From a virus (lineage: Duplodnaviria; Heunggongvirae; Uroviricota; Caudoviricetes): DNA of 64,000 nucleotides. The notes under the pieces are model-generated. The model made no database searches. It was given only the letters and a program-made list of their open reading frames with translations, and was not told the DNA's origin. How positions within the stretch are numbered: position 1 is the first letter of the stretch; the number at the start of each line of letters is the position of its first letter. Shown one piece after another: positions 10,067-18,258 of this stretch. The stretch lies in the IMG/VR virus record IMGVR_UViG_3300012347_000256. One strand, given 5' to 3'. The position numbers and the translations under genes were made by a program.

Positions 10067-10617
10067 TCGTTAGTCTCCTTAAATAACTTCAAAACTTCTC
10101 TTACTGCAGGTACATACATGTCGGCTTTCCCTCCCCATGACCAACCTGAATCAATGAAGATACTTTCGATTTGTCTGTCGGTAAGCTCGACCCAAGGCTG
10201 CTGTGCTGCGGGAGGAGTGGCTCCATAGTATTCACGCACCGCTTTAATCGGGCCATTTACATCTGCGATGGCTTCTTTCGCGCATTTGATCGCTGCATCT
10301 GCGAGGGCTTTCTGCTCTGCCTTCCATGCCTCATCCTGCACAGGTGCTGCAAAGCGCTTACCGGCTTCGCAGTTACATACGCCCCGCCACTCGCCAGCCC
10401 TGTCATGCACATCACCAGTGCCATCGCAGTATTCGCAACGCTCCTGCACAGATACCGCCTTAGCTTCAGCTTCCAACCTGTCATTACGAGCACGTAACAA
10501 ACGATTCTCTTGCTCTAACTCTTCGATTGCATTTTGCATACGCTCTTCTGCTGTAATATTACGCATACTTCGTGGCAAATAGTGTTCTAAATCTTCTAAC
10601 ATGGCTCCAGATATCAT
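10063..10617 (-). CDS. hypothetical coiled-coil protein with DnaJ-type zinc finger (CxxCxGxG)
   Basis: 184 aa. Contains CEYCDGTGDV...CNCEAGK. The N-terminal coiled-coil call rests on the run ELEQENRLLRARNDRLEAEAKA. Confidence 0.55.
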   Translation of the reverse strand: MISGAMLEDLEHYLPRSMRNITAEERMQNAIEELEQENRLLRARNDRLEAEAKAVSVQERCEYCDGTGDVHDRAGEWRGVCNCEAGKRFAAPVQDEAWKAEQKALADAAIKCAKEAIADVNGPIKAVREYYGATPPAAQQPWVELTDRQIESIFIDSGWSWGGKADMYVPAVREVLKLFKETNE

Positions 10618-11070
10618 AGCTTCTCCTTTTCAACATAAATTTCATCACCACGTAAGACCCACACGAAAGCTGTAAATGAAGAAACTAACCAATCACAGCC
10701 AACTTCTCGCAATAAGGTGTAACCTTCTGAATAAGTAATCTTACGGTACATTACAATTTTTCCATTCTGATATTACGTAGACTTGAACTCTTACGCATTT
10801 GCATCAAATGCCAGCTTGCACTTCTATCATCACAAGCGTAAGAACGATTTGAGATTGTACCGTCACTTTTGACTTCCTGCCATGTTAGACGGATATTTTT
10901 AATGTCTTTTGCTTTGAGCTTCAAGGTAGTTCTCCTAGTTCTTTCAACAATTTATTTAACACAAGTGACAACTGATAGTCTCTTTCACTCTTAGGTTCAT
11001 AGTAACCACCACAACACAAAATATATGCGCTTTGTATTCTGGTAATGGCTTCTGTGTAATTATCATTCAC
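10614..11070 (-). other. three translationally coupled small ORFs (45, 57 and 49 aa) at 10614-10751, 10751-10924 (TTG start) and 10921-11070 (GTG start)
   Basis: Stop/start overlaps (ATGA, TAATG, TTGA) chain these ORFs with the downstream 184-aa gene. Each start has a ribosome-binding-site-like purine tract upstream. Confidence 0.35.
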
Positions 11071-11387
11071 GATCCCATCCCTTCAGATGCCATTGGTTTA
11101 TAGATTGTGTTCTTAGTCTCAATTGTACCATCTAAATAAACGTTCAATACTGTTGATGTACGAACATCTTTGCAGTTACCAAGATTGGGATGCCCTACGA
11201 CATATGACAAACTTGCTACAGGGTATCGCACATCGTTATTCCAGTTGTAAAACTGCGGTGTTCCTGCGTAATACACTACAGGTTTTGCTTGTAAGTTTTC
11301 AGGTACTTTTACAGGAACCTTCGGAATACAGCCATGTTGCATACAATGTTTGACTGTCTCGCACTCGTTACAAATTACTCGATTCAT
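11067..11387 (-). CDS. hypothetical Cys-rich protein
   Basis: 106 aa. N-terminal CNECETVKHCMQHGC. Confidence 0.5.
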   Translation of the reverse strand: MNRVICNECETVKHCMQHGCIPKVPVKVPENLQAKPVVYYAGTPQFYNWNNDVRYPVASLSYVVGHPNLGNCKDVRTSTVLNVYLDGTIETKNTIYKPMASEGMGS

Positions 11388-11390
11388 AGT

Positions 11391-11654
11391 TTACTCCTTA
11401 AAAAGGTTGTTTGCGATGTGAGCTTCAATTATAGCATCATCTTGCGCTTCTTGCACAAGCTTATCTGCATTAGCGTAAACTTCTTCTGAGATTTCTAGCG
11501 ACCACTCGTCACCTATCAAGTCAGTAATGTCAACGTCAGGGTGCTCATATAAGTACACCTTGAGTTCATCCCAAGCGATATCACGTTCTTCGTCTAACGT
11601 GAATTCTACCGTTACTTTAGTACCTGTGTTACCAATTTGTGTTACTAATTTCAT
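11391..11654 (-). CDS. hypothetical acidic protein
   Basis: 87 aa. First gene of the minus-strand operon next to the divergent promoter region. Confidence 0.5.
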   Translation of the reverse strand: MKLVTQIGNTGTKVTVEFTLDEERDIAWDELKVYLYEHPDVDITDLIGDEWSLEISEEVYANADKLVQEAQDDAIIEAHIANNLFKE

Positions 11655-11886
11655 GTTATCTCCTTTAGGTTGATTTGCTTTACTGATGAACTTGAGTTAA
11701 CCTGAGATCAACCTGAGTTCAACCTTGAGACGAACCCTTCGACTATACCCTTCGCTAACCCCCGTAACCCCCTTCAATGCTGAATTGTATCTTAATTTCA
11801 AATCTTGTCAAGCCCCTTTTAAGAAATAAATTTATTTGTGCGAAAATTCGTGAAAGATGCCAGAAGCTGTTGTAGTGCTCAGAACT

Positions 11887-11897
11887 TGTGCTACAAT
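11887..11897 (+). promoter_or_regulatory. extended -10 promoter TGTGCTACAAT (first of a family)
   Basis: The TGnTAyAAT motif recurs about 19 times upstream of gene starts: 12268, 13187, 15682, 16480, 23277, 24076, 25447, 25943, 27744, 28250, 28945, 36841, 42560, 46858, 50285, 55154, 63216, and on the minus strand at 35367-35377. Confidence 0.5.
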
Positions 11898-11931
11898 CAA
11901 GGCTTCAACAACGAAACCGAAAGGAAATTAA

Positions 11932-12252
11932 GTGCTAACTGAACAAAAAATTGAAAAAGCGATTAAAGCTAACAATCTTATTGCCCCTCGTGTCACATCA
12001 GAAAAAATTGACAGTGTAATTGTATCAGAGACTTATACAATCTTACCAAGCGGTAAAGTGATGGTTTGTGAGCTTACACTGGAGAATGGTTTTACCGTTA
12101 GAGGTGAATCCGCTACTGTAAGTAAAAGCAACTTTAACGAAGGGATTGGACGAACTATCAGTCGAACTAATGCCAGAAATAAAGTGTGGGAGTTAGAAGG
12201 TTATCTTTTACAGCAGCAGTTGCATCAACAGATTACACAGATTACACAGTGA
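11932..12252 (+). CDS. hypothetical protein (GTG start)
   Basis: 106 aa. AAGGAAA ribosome-binding site 6 nt upstream. Confidence 0.5.
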   Translation: MLTEQKIEKAIKANNLIAPRVTSEKIDSVIVSETYTILPSGKVMVCELTLENGFTVRGESATVSKSNFNEGIGRTISRTNARNKVWELEGYLLQQQLHQQITQITQ

Positions 12253-12303
12253 TCTAAGTGATCAAAGTGTGCTACAATAAATTTTAATTTGAAAGGAAGC
12301 AAC

Positions 12304-12513
12304 ATGACCTCTACACAAAATGTGCAAGATGTTGTCGTGGAATCTCGGCTTAAAAGCGGTTACACACTTGTTGGTACAGCACGTAACCCAGTTTCATCAG
12401 GGTACGTTAAGATTTTAACTAAAGGTAAACACAGCCTTGCTATAAATTCTTTTGGTTACGACGAGCATTTTATTGGCTGTACTTATTTTATTTTAGACGA
12501 AAGGAAATCATGA
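12304..12513 (+). CDS. hypothetical protein
   Basis: Start trimmed to the ATG after the conserved TTGAAAGGAAG ribosome-binding-site context; the same context precedes the 13224 gene. Confidence 0.45.
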   Translation: MTSTQNVQDVVVESRLKSGYTLVGTARNPVSSGYVKILTKGKHSLAINSFGYDEHFIGCTYFILDERKS

Positions 12514-13199
12514 ATGAGCTTTCATTATTCACGGGCGCTGGTGGAGGACTACTCGCAAGTCATATCCTCGGACACAACATTGTATGTGCTGTCGAACGAG
12601 ATGAGTACTGTATCGAGGTTCTCATTCAACGGCAAAATGAACGAGCATTACCAACGTTCCCGATATGGGACGATATTTGCACCTTTGATGGAAGACCGTG
12701 GCGTGGAACTGTGGACTTGGTTTCTGGAGGATTCCCTTGTCAAGCATTCTCTAGTGCAGCAAGAGGTAGAAACATTGCTGAAAAAGATTTATGGGGAGAG
12801 ATGCTCAGAGTTATCCGAGAGATTGAGCCTAAAGTTATCTTTGCTGAAAATGTTTCCGAAAGAGCCATATTACAAGCGCAAAATGACTTGTTGGAACTCG
12901 GGTACAATAGCAAATATATCAAGCTTTCAGCGAAAGACGTTGGTGCAGATCATGAACGGGATAGATATTGGTTACTTGCATACACCGACTACTATGGCGA
13001 ACTTTGCCGCACCGTCCATGCAAAAGCACAGGTCGTGCAGGAATTACGTAACAGTGTTTGGGAAACCTACCCCGCAGAATTTCGAGTACTTGATGGGGTG
13101 GCCCACAGGATGGACAGACTTAAAGCCCTTGGAAATGGACAAGTTCCAATTGTGGCTGCAAGCGCATGGTGTGAATTGCACAAAAGTGTGATACAATAA
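12510..13199 (+). CDS. DNA (cytosine-5)-methyltransferase, unusually small (229 aa)
   Basis: Motif I LSLFTGAGGG, motif IV GGFPCQAFS (catalytic PC), motif VI IFAENV, motif VIII RDRYW, motif X GNGQVPIV. Only about 50 aa separate motif VIII from motif X, leaving a minimal target-recognition domain. Confidence 0.8.
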   Translation: MNELSLFTGAGGGLLASHILGHNIVCAVERDEYCIEVLIQRQNERALPTFPIWDDICTFDGRPWRGTVDLVSGGFPCQAFSSAARGRNIAEKDLWGEMLRVIREIEPKVIFAENVSERAILQAQNDLLELGYNSKYIKLSAKDVGADHERDRYWLLAYTDYYGELCRTVHAKAQVVQELRNSVWETYPAEFRVLDGVAHRMDRLKALGNGQVPIVAASAWCELHKSVIQ

Positions 13200-13223
13200 A
13201 TTTTAATTTGAAAGGAACTTAAC

Positions 13224-13667
13224 ATGATCTTGAAACCAGAATTTGCTTCTATGGTAGACCGATTGGGGTTTGAGGACGGTGAACTAGCAATTGCAGAAAT
13301 TGTGTGGGAACGCTGCGAGAAAGCAATGCAAGGTAAGCCTTTGCAAGAGTCCGTGCTCATGAGCAGTAAGCTGCAGCAGTTTTTGACATCCTATGCTCAT
13401 ACGCACCGTGCTGTGTCGTTTACCACGGAAGAACTGCAAGCCTTGACGCAAGGTCTTGCTGAGGTTCTAAGTGCAGATGAAGATGCATTGCAATTTCTAA
13501 AGAGCCGCATTGATCAACTGTGGCACAAGAGCAACCCTGATGATAAAGACAGTGAGCCTTATTTCGTCATGATGAACTACTACCGCAACAAGCAACGTAC
13601 TTTGAAGCGTCAACACAAAGTTCTCGCAGGTATTCAACACAAACTTAAACAAGCTCGTAAACTGTAA
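13224..13667 (+). CDS. hypothetical protein
   Basis: 147 aa. Confidence 0.5.
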   Translation: MILKPEFASMVDRLGFEDGELAIAEIVWERCEKAMQGKPLQESVLMSSKLQQFLTSYAHTHRAVSFTTEELQALTQGLAEVLSADEDALQFLKSRIDQLWHKSNPDDKDSEPYFVMMNYYRNKQRTLKRQHKVLAGIQHKLKQARKL

Positions 13668-13685
13668 AAACTGTAAAAGACTGTA

Positions 13686-14033
13686 ATGTCCTCAAGAAAA
13701 CGCTATGATATTGTGTGTACAGCCTTCGATAAGAAAGGTAATGTGCTAGGTACTGGAGTCAATGACTACAACAGGACTCATCCGCTTGCAAAACACTTCA
13801 GTGTATTAGCTGGAGAATCTGAAGCAAAAGATAAAATCCATGCTGAGTTAGCTGCAGTTCTTTCAGCAGGTAAAAAGAACATTCATAGCGTTTTTGTACA
13901 GAGGTTTCACAATGATGGTAACTTGGCTTTGGCTAAACCATGTAAGTCTTGCCAGTGCATGTTAAAGGCATTTGGTGTTAAAATTGTTCGTTATACATCT
14001 GAAGAAGGAGTGCGAGAGTATGCAGTCATTTAA
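13686..14033 (+). CDS. cytidine/deoxycytidylate-deaminase-fold protein (minimal CDA-like)
   Basis: 115 aa with HAE ... PCKSC zinc-ligand signature (H-x-E and PCxxC). Confidence 0.6.
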   Translation: MSSRKRYDIVCTAFDKKGNVLGTGVNDYNRTHPLAKHFSVLAGESEAKDKIHAELAAVLSAGKKNIHSVFVQRFHNDGNLALAKPCKSCQCMLKAFGVKIVRYTSEEGVREYAVI

Positions 14034-14292
14034 GTTTAAGTTTTATAATCCATTTAAACCACACGTTGTGCAATTTGCTAACGGTAAGTTTGCTGTACGC
14101 AAGTTGAGCATACTTATGTGGGAATATAAAGAACACACTACATATGCAAGAAACGATGTTTATTGGTGGCACAGTATCAATGATTCATTTAATTGGGTTT
14201 GTGTAGACACTTACGAGCAAGCCGCTGTTTTGCGTGATAAAGTGCATGTTAAAATCCCAAGACCACTAAAAGTAGTAAAAGTTCATGGCTAG
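14020..14292 (+). CDS. hypothetical protein
   Basis: Start trimmed to the ATG after a GGAG motif; overlaps the upstream stop. Confidence 0.4.
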   Translation: MQSFKFKFYNPFKPHVVQFANGKFAVRKLSILMWEYKEHTTYARNDVYWWHSINDSFNWVCVDTYEQAAVLRDKVHVKIPRPLKVVKVHG

Positions 14293-14725
14293 TCAAAAAT
14301 CTTTAGATGAAACCTACATGGGTACTGCAATGCTTCACGCAAGGCTATCTAAAGCGATTAGAGCGCAGGTAGGAGCCGTGTTAGTAACAAAGCAAGGTGT
14401 TACCCTCACTGGATACAATGGCACTGCTGTAGGGCGTCCTAATGATTGTGAAGATGTTAGTTTTGATGGTGTGGCTCGTACACTAATCACAAAACCAGAA
14501 GTAATTCACGCTGAACTTAATTGCATCATGAAAGCTGCTCGTGAAGGTGTAAGTTGTGTTGACTCTACAGTTTATGTTACACTAGCACCTTGTGTACAGT
14601 GCGCTGCTATGATGCTACAAGCTGGCGTTAAGCGAGTGATATACATGCAAGAATACAGAGATAACTCTGGAATTAAATTACTACAAGAATCAAATGTAGT
14701 GATACAATCATATGATACACTTTAA
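14285..14725 (+). CDS. dCMP deaminase
   Basis: 146 aa. VIHAELNCI and TLAPCVQCA (HxE/PCxxC) in ComEB/dCMP-deaminase-like spacing. Confidence 0.8.
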   Translation: MASQKSLDETYMGTAMLHARLSKAIRAQVGAVLVTKQGVTLTGYNGTAVGRPNDCEDVSFDGVARTLITKPEVIHAELNCIMKAAREGVSCVDSTVYVTLAPCVQCAAMMLQAGVKRVIYMQEYRDNSGIKLLQESNVVIQSYDTL

Positions 14726-14737
14726 GGAGAAATAGAC

Positions 14738-15037
14738 ATGGCATTGAAAGATCAAAAAGATATATTGATCGCTTGGATAAATGGTGAGACTCTACAATAT
14801 CAAAATTCAAACGGTACTTGGAGTGATTGTAAGAAATTTTGCGAAGTTGAGTCGATCAGTCTTGATCAAATTACGTACCGCATCAAACCAAAAGAAATTG
14901 TGACTACTACGTATATTCAATTTGATAAATTTAATGCACCTTTGCATAGTACTTACAGTGGTACTGTTTACAAACACAACCTTCGTCTAACATGGTCAGA
15001 AGACGGTATTACACTACTAAAAGCAGAGGTTATTTGA
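14738..15037 (+). CDS. hypothetical protein
   Basis: 99 aa. Confidence 0.45.
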   Translation: MALKDQKDILIAWINGETLQYQNSNGTWSDCKKFCEVESISLDQITYRIKPKEIVTTTYIQFDKFNAPLHSTYSGTVYKHNLRLTWSEDGITLLKAEVI

Positions 15038-15264
15038 TGAAAAATCATCGTGCATATCCAACACAATCTTATGAGTACGATTGTCAAGGTAATGTCCTTC
15101 ATTGGCAACATGAAGGTATGACTTTACTTGATCATTTCGCAGGTTTAGCAATGCAAGCTTATATCGCACGAGGCGACGGTGTTGGCGCTAGTACTTTTGC
15201 TAAATGGGCGTATTCAATGGCAGAAGCTATGTTAAAAGAAAGGGTCAAGTATGAACAAAAATAA
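15037..15264 (+). CDS. hypothetical protein
   Basis: ATG overlaps the upstream TGA (TGATGA); 75 aa. Confidence 0.4.
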   Translation: MKNHRAYPTQSYEYDCQGNVLHWQHEGMTLLDHFAGLAMQAYIARGDGVGASTFAKWAYSMAEAMLKERVKYEQK

Positions 15265-15658
15265 ACCAACTTTATTTTTGATTAGAGGTTGTCCGGGTAG
15301 TGGTAAATCTACATTTGCTTGGAAATTACTTCGTGGTCGTTTAGTAGACAGAGTATTTGAAGCTGATGAATACTTTGTACAAAATGCTGTATATCAGTTT
15401 GATCCTACTTTACTTGAACAAGCGCATCAACAATGCAAGCGTAATACTTGGCTGGCTTTGTATGAAGGTATGTCAGTAGCTGTGTCAAATACATCTTGCA
15501 CTGAATGGGAAGTCGAAACTTATGCTACAATTGCACGAGAGACTGAAGCTAACTTCGTGAGCCTTATCGCTGAGAATAGAAATAATACTAAAAATATTCA
15601 TGGTTGTCCTGATAATAAGATTGAACAAATGAAGAAAAAATTTAGCATAAAGTTATAA
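15251..15658 (+). CDS. P-loop kinase resembling T4 polynucleotide kinase N-terminal (5'-kinase) domain
   Basis: 135 aa. LFLIRGCPGSGKSTFAWKLL matches the T4 Pnk Walker A ILTIGCPGSGKSTWA. Confidence 0.6.
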   Translation: MNKNKPTLFLIRGCPGSGKSTFAWKLLRGRLVDRVFEADEYFVQNAVYQFDPTLLEQAHQQCKRNTWLALYEGMSVAVSNTSCTEWEVETYATIARETEANFVSLIAENRNNTKNIHGCPDNKIEQMKKKFSIKL

Positions 15659-16450
15659 TACTTGATTTTCTTTAAAATATCTGTTATAATTACAAAGCAA
15701 TAGTTGAAAAGTTATAATCTTCAACGATAAGAGCAGCTTCCCGTGGCTGCTTTTTGCTTTGTATTTTACGGGTGTTTGACGGGAATCAATTATGTATAAA
15801 ATTTGTAATAAATGTAAAGAAGAAAAATTATTTAGTGCTTTTTGTAAGAATAGGGGTCATAAAGACGGTTATAACAGTCGATGTAAAGTTTGTGTTAAAG
15901 AATCTGAACAGGCTAACAAAGATCAAATTAGAATTTACCAAGCAGAGTACCGTGAAGCTAACAAAGATAAAGCTGCAGCTTACCACGCAGAGTACCGTGA
16001 AGCTAATAAAGACCGACTTATAGCTGACAGTATAGCATATCGTGCTGCTAATAAAGATAGGATTGCAGCACAGAAAGCCGACTACTACCTAACTAATAAA
16101 GAGCAAAAGTCTGCTTACGATGCTGTATACCGTAAAACAAACAGGGATAAAGTTAATGCTAGGAGTGCTAAACGTAGAGCCACGAAACTACAAGCTACAC
16201 CACTCTGGTTAACTGAAGAAGATAAGATAAGAATTTTAGAATTCTATACTGAAGCCAAGAGGCTGGAATCTGTCACAGGTCAAAAGTACCACGTAGATCA
16301 TATCATTCCACTGCAAGGTGAAATTGTCTGCGGTTTACATGTACCGTGGAACTTACAAGTACTTTCAGCAGTAGAGAACCGCGATAAATCCAACAAACTG
16401 TTAGAAAACTAAGTACAAACCCTAGGTTAATTCCTAGGGTATTTTTTTTA
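15659..16450 (+). mobile_element. self-contained HNH homing-endonuclease cassette, copy 1 (promoter, leader hairpin, ORF, terminator)
   Basis: About 130 bp upstream are near-identical to 23253-23387. The shared stretch holds TGTTATAAT, hairpin AGCAGCTTCCCGTGGCTGCTTTTT, TTGACGGGAATCAATTATGTATAAAA and the shared terminator AAACCCTAGGTTAATTCCTAGGGTATTTTTTTT. Confidence 0.6.
15792..16412 (+). CDS. HNH homing endonuclease with N-terminal CxxC zinc finger (paralog family, copy 1)
   Basis: 206 aa. CNKCKEEK...CKVC zinc finger. HNH core HVDHIIPLQGEIVCGLHVPWNLQVL. Internal EYREANKD repeats. Confidence 0.85.
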   Translation: MYKICNKCKEEKLFSAFCKNRGHKDGYNSRCKVCVKESEQANKDQIRIYQAEYREANKDKAAAYHAEYREANKDRLIADSIAYRAANKDRIAAQKADYYLTNKEQKSAYDAVYRKTNRDKVNARSAKRRATKLQATPLWLTEEDKIRILEFYTEAKRLESVTGQKYHVDHIIPLQGEIVCGLHVPWNLQVLSAVENRDKSNKLLEN

Positions 16451-16516
16451 TCTGTACTTGTTGCGATGCTTGAAAATTATGCTATAATCTGTTTTTATAC
16501 AAATCATAGGAGAAAA

Positions 16517-17395
16517 ATGCTGTTAACATACGACCAACAAATGAATTTAGTCAATCGTGGTCTAGCTACCATGAAAAATGATGGTAAATATACAACGTTT
16601 AAATACCATCGTAAAGCTATGTATGATTATTTATGGCACAAAGTTCCGGAATTATTGGAATGCCGTGGTGCGGTATACTTTAATGAAACTAAAGAATTAG
16701 TTCAAGCATCTCCACGTAAAAGCTTCAATTACCTTGAGAGAGGATATTGGAAAGATATGCCTTTGAATACTCCAGTTGAGTTATATAAAAAGATTAACGG
16801 CTATTTAGCTTGTGCTACACTGCACAATGGTGAACTTGTGGTATCAACTACTGGTACAACCACAAGTGAATACGCTCAGTGGGCTAAAGAACTGCTGTTG
16901 AGCACTTATAGAAACTATGATATGCTTTTGGACGATAAGACTACTACGCTTTTTGAAGTAATAGTAACACAAGACCCTCACATTGTGCAGGAGCGCCAAG
17001 GTTTGCATCTGCTCGGTGTACGTGAGAAAGATACAGGAGATTTTTATCCTATGGGTGCTGGTGCTCGTTGCACTCTAGAACAAGCACTAGAAATCGCAAA
17101 GCACGACCGTGGTGAAGGTTTTATGATGTATCCTATGCTACCTGATGGTTCATACGATTACAACAACTGCTGTAAACTAAAGACTCCTTACTACATTGGT
17201 AAGAAAAAGCTCATGCGTATGACAGCAAAGAATGTTGAAATCATGTATAAAAATGGCTTTGAAACTGCAATTACACTACCAAATATGTGGTATGATGCAC
17301 CACGTATGATCGTAAGTACTGTGCCAAAAGACACATGGTTAGCTATGAACGATCAACAACGCAGGGTAATTCTTGAAGATTTTATAGGAGTTTAA
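16517..17395 (+). CDS. covalent nucleotidyltransferase (RNA/DNA ligase-like)
   Basis: Motif I KINGYLA (KxNG), motif IV EGFMMYP, motif V CCKLKTP in correct order and spacing. Start trimmed to the ATG after GGAGAAAA. Confidence 0.55.
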   Translation: MLLTYDQQMNLVNRGLATMKNDGKYTTFKYHRKAMYDYLWHKVPELLECRGAVYFNETKELVQASPRKSFNYLERGYWKDMPLNTPVELYKKINGYLACATLHNGELVVSTTGTTTSEYAQWAKELLLSTYRNYDMLLDDKTTTLFEVIVTQDPHIVQERQGLHLLGVREKDTGDFYPMGAGARCTLEQALEIAKHDRGEGFMMYPMLPDGSYDYNNCCKLKTPYYIGKKKLMRMTAKNVEIMYKNGFETAITLPNMWYDAPRMIVSTVPKDTWLAMNDQQRRVILEDFIGV

Positions 17396-17584
17396 ATGCA
17401 AGGTCACGTATTTAATCGCACATTACATGCCAAAGGGATGTTTATGTATTGTAATCGCTGTGGCCTTGTTCGTTTGAATAATCGTGCTACTGAAAAGCAA
17501 ATTAATAAACCTTGCATTGGCTTGCGAGAGTTAGAAGATGAAGAGTATTTAAAATTACAAGGACAGATGAAAGGAAAACGATGA
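17396..17584 (+). CDS. small zinc-ribbon protein
   Basis: 62 aa, CNRCG...CIG. Confidence 0.4.
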   Translation: MQGHVFNRTLHAKGMFMYCNRCGLVRLNNRATEKQINKPCIGLRELEDEEYLKLQGQMKGKR

Positions 17585-17931
17585 CAAATGAAACTCAGAA
17601 AGCTTATGCTGTTTGGTCAAACACTGATTTAACTGAAGGTCGTGGATACGAATATGCAAAATACATTTGCTCCAAACAAGCTACAGCTATTCGCTTATCA
17701 AAAGGTGCGTATGTAATGGGTGGTGATGCTAGTGTAAGGGAAATTGAATTAATCATGCACAATAATCACTGGTGTGGTCCTGTGTATATTCATGGTCCAA
17801 ATACCGCAGATACTGAAATGGAGAAAAAGCTAGAGCTAAAACGTAAGGCGGACGAAGCAAAAGCTGCAGCTATTTTGAAAGCACAACAGTTAGGCTTAAC
17901 CGCAGAAGATATTGCTGCATTGAAAGGTTAA
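17581..17931 (+). CDS. hypothetical protein
   Basis: 116 aa. Confidence 0.5.
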   Translation: MTNETQKAYAVWSNTDLTEGRGYEYAKYICSKQATAIRLSKGAYVMGGDASVREIELIMHNNHWCGPVYIHGPNTADTEMEKKLELKRKADEAKAAAILKAQQLGLTAEDIAALKG

Positions 17932-17932
17932 A

Positions 17933-18100
17933 ATGAAAAAGAAACTATGGATTGTATATTGGTCTGATTCAAGTGGATATACTGAATTTGTTGAGCTGTG
18001 GACTACAGAGCATCAAGCAAAAATTGCGGCTGAAAAATATCAAGATTCTCATGACGGTACAATTATTTATACCTACGAAGAAATTGAGGTAATGAAATGA
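17933..18100 (+). CDS. small hypothetical protein (55 aa)
   Basis: Not in the ORF track. The ATG follows AAAGG, and the reading frame closes just before the next gene. Confidence 0.3.
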   Translation: MKKKLWIVYWSDSSGYTEFVELWTTEHQAKIAAEKYQDSHDGTIIYTYEEIEVMK

Positions 18101-18258
18101 AAGATACTAAGTTACCAATCGAAGTTCAGCTTGTGGTTCGAAGTAAAGAGCTACCGGATACATTTGAATTGTTGTTACATCTTCAGGATATTGTAGATGA
18201 ATGGTACTGGAGTAAAATTCCTACAATTCCTTGTGGATATATTAGAAAGAACACATAA
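18097..18258 (+). CDS. small hypothetical protein (53 aa)
   Basis: ATGA overlap with the upstream stop and TAATG overlap with the downstream start. Confidence 0.3.
   Translation: MKDTKLPIEVQLVVRSKELPDTFELLLHLQDIVDEWYWSKIPTIPCGYIRKNT

Noticed and set aside
10171-10582. Three overlapping ORFs (two plus-strand, one minus-strand) inside or opposite the 184-aa gene
   Set aside because: They are antisense or alternate-frame artefacts of a locally GC-richer stretch. The minus-strand 184-aa ORF has the operon context and zinc-finger motif.
12514-13191. 225-aa plus-strand ORF in an alternative frame across the methyltransferase gene
   Set aside because: The 12510 frame carries all canonical C5-MTase motifs; the alternative frame has none.
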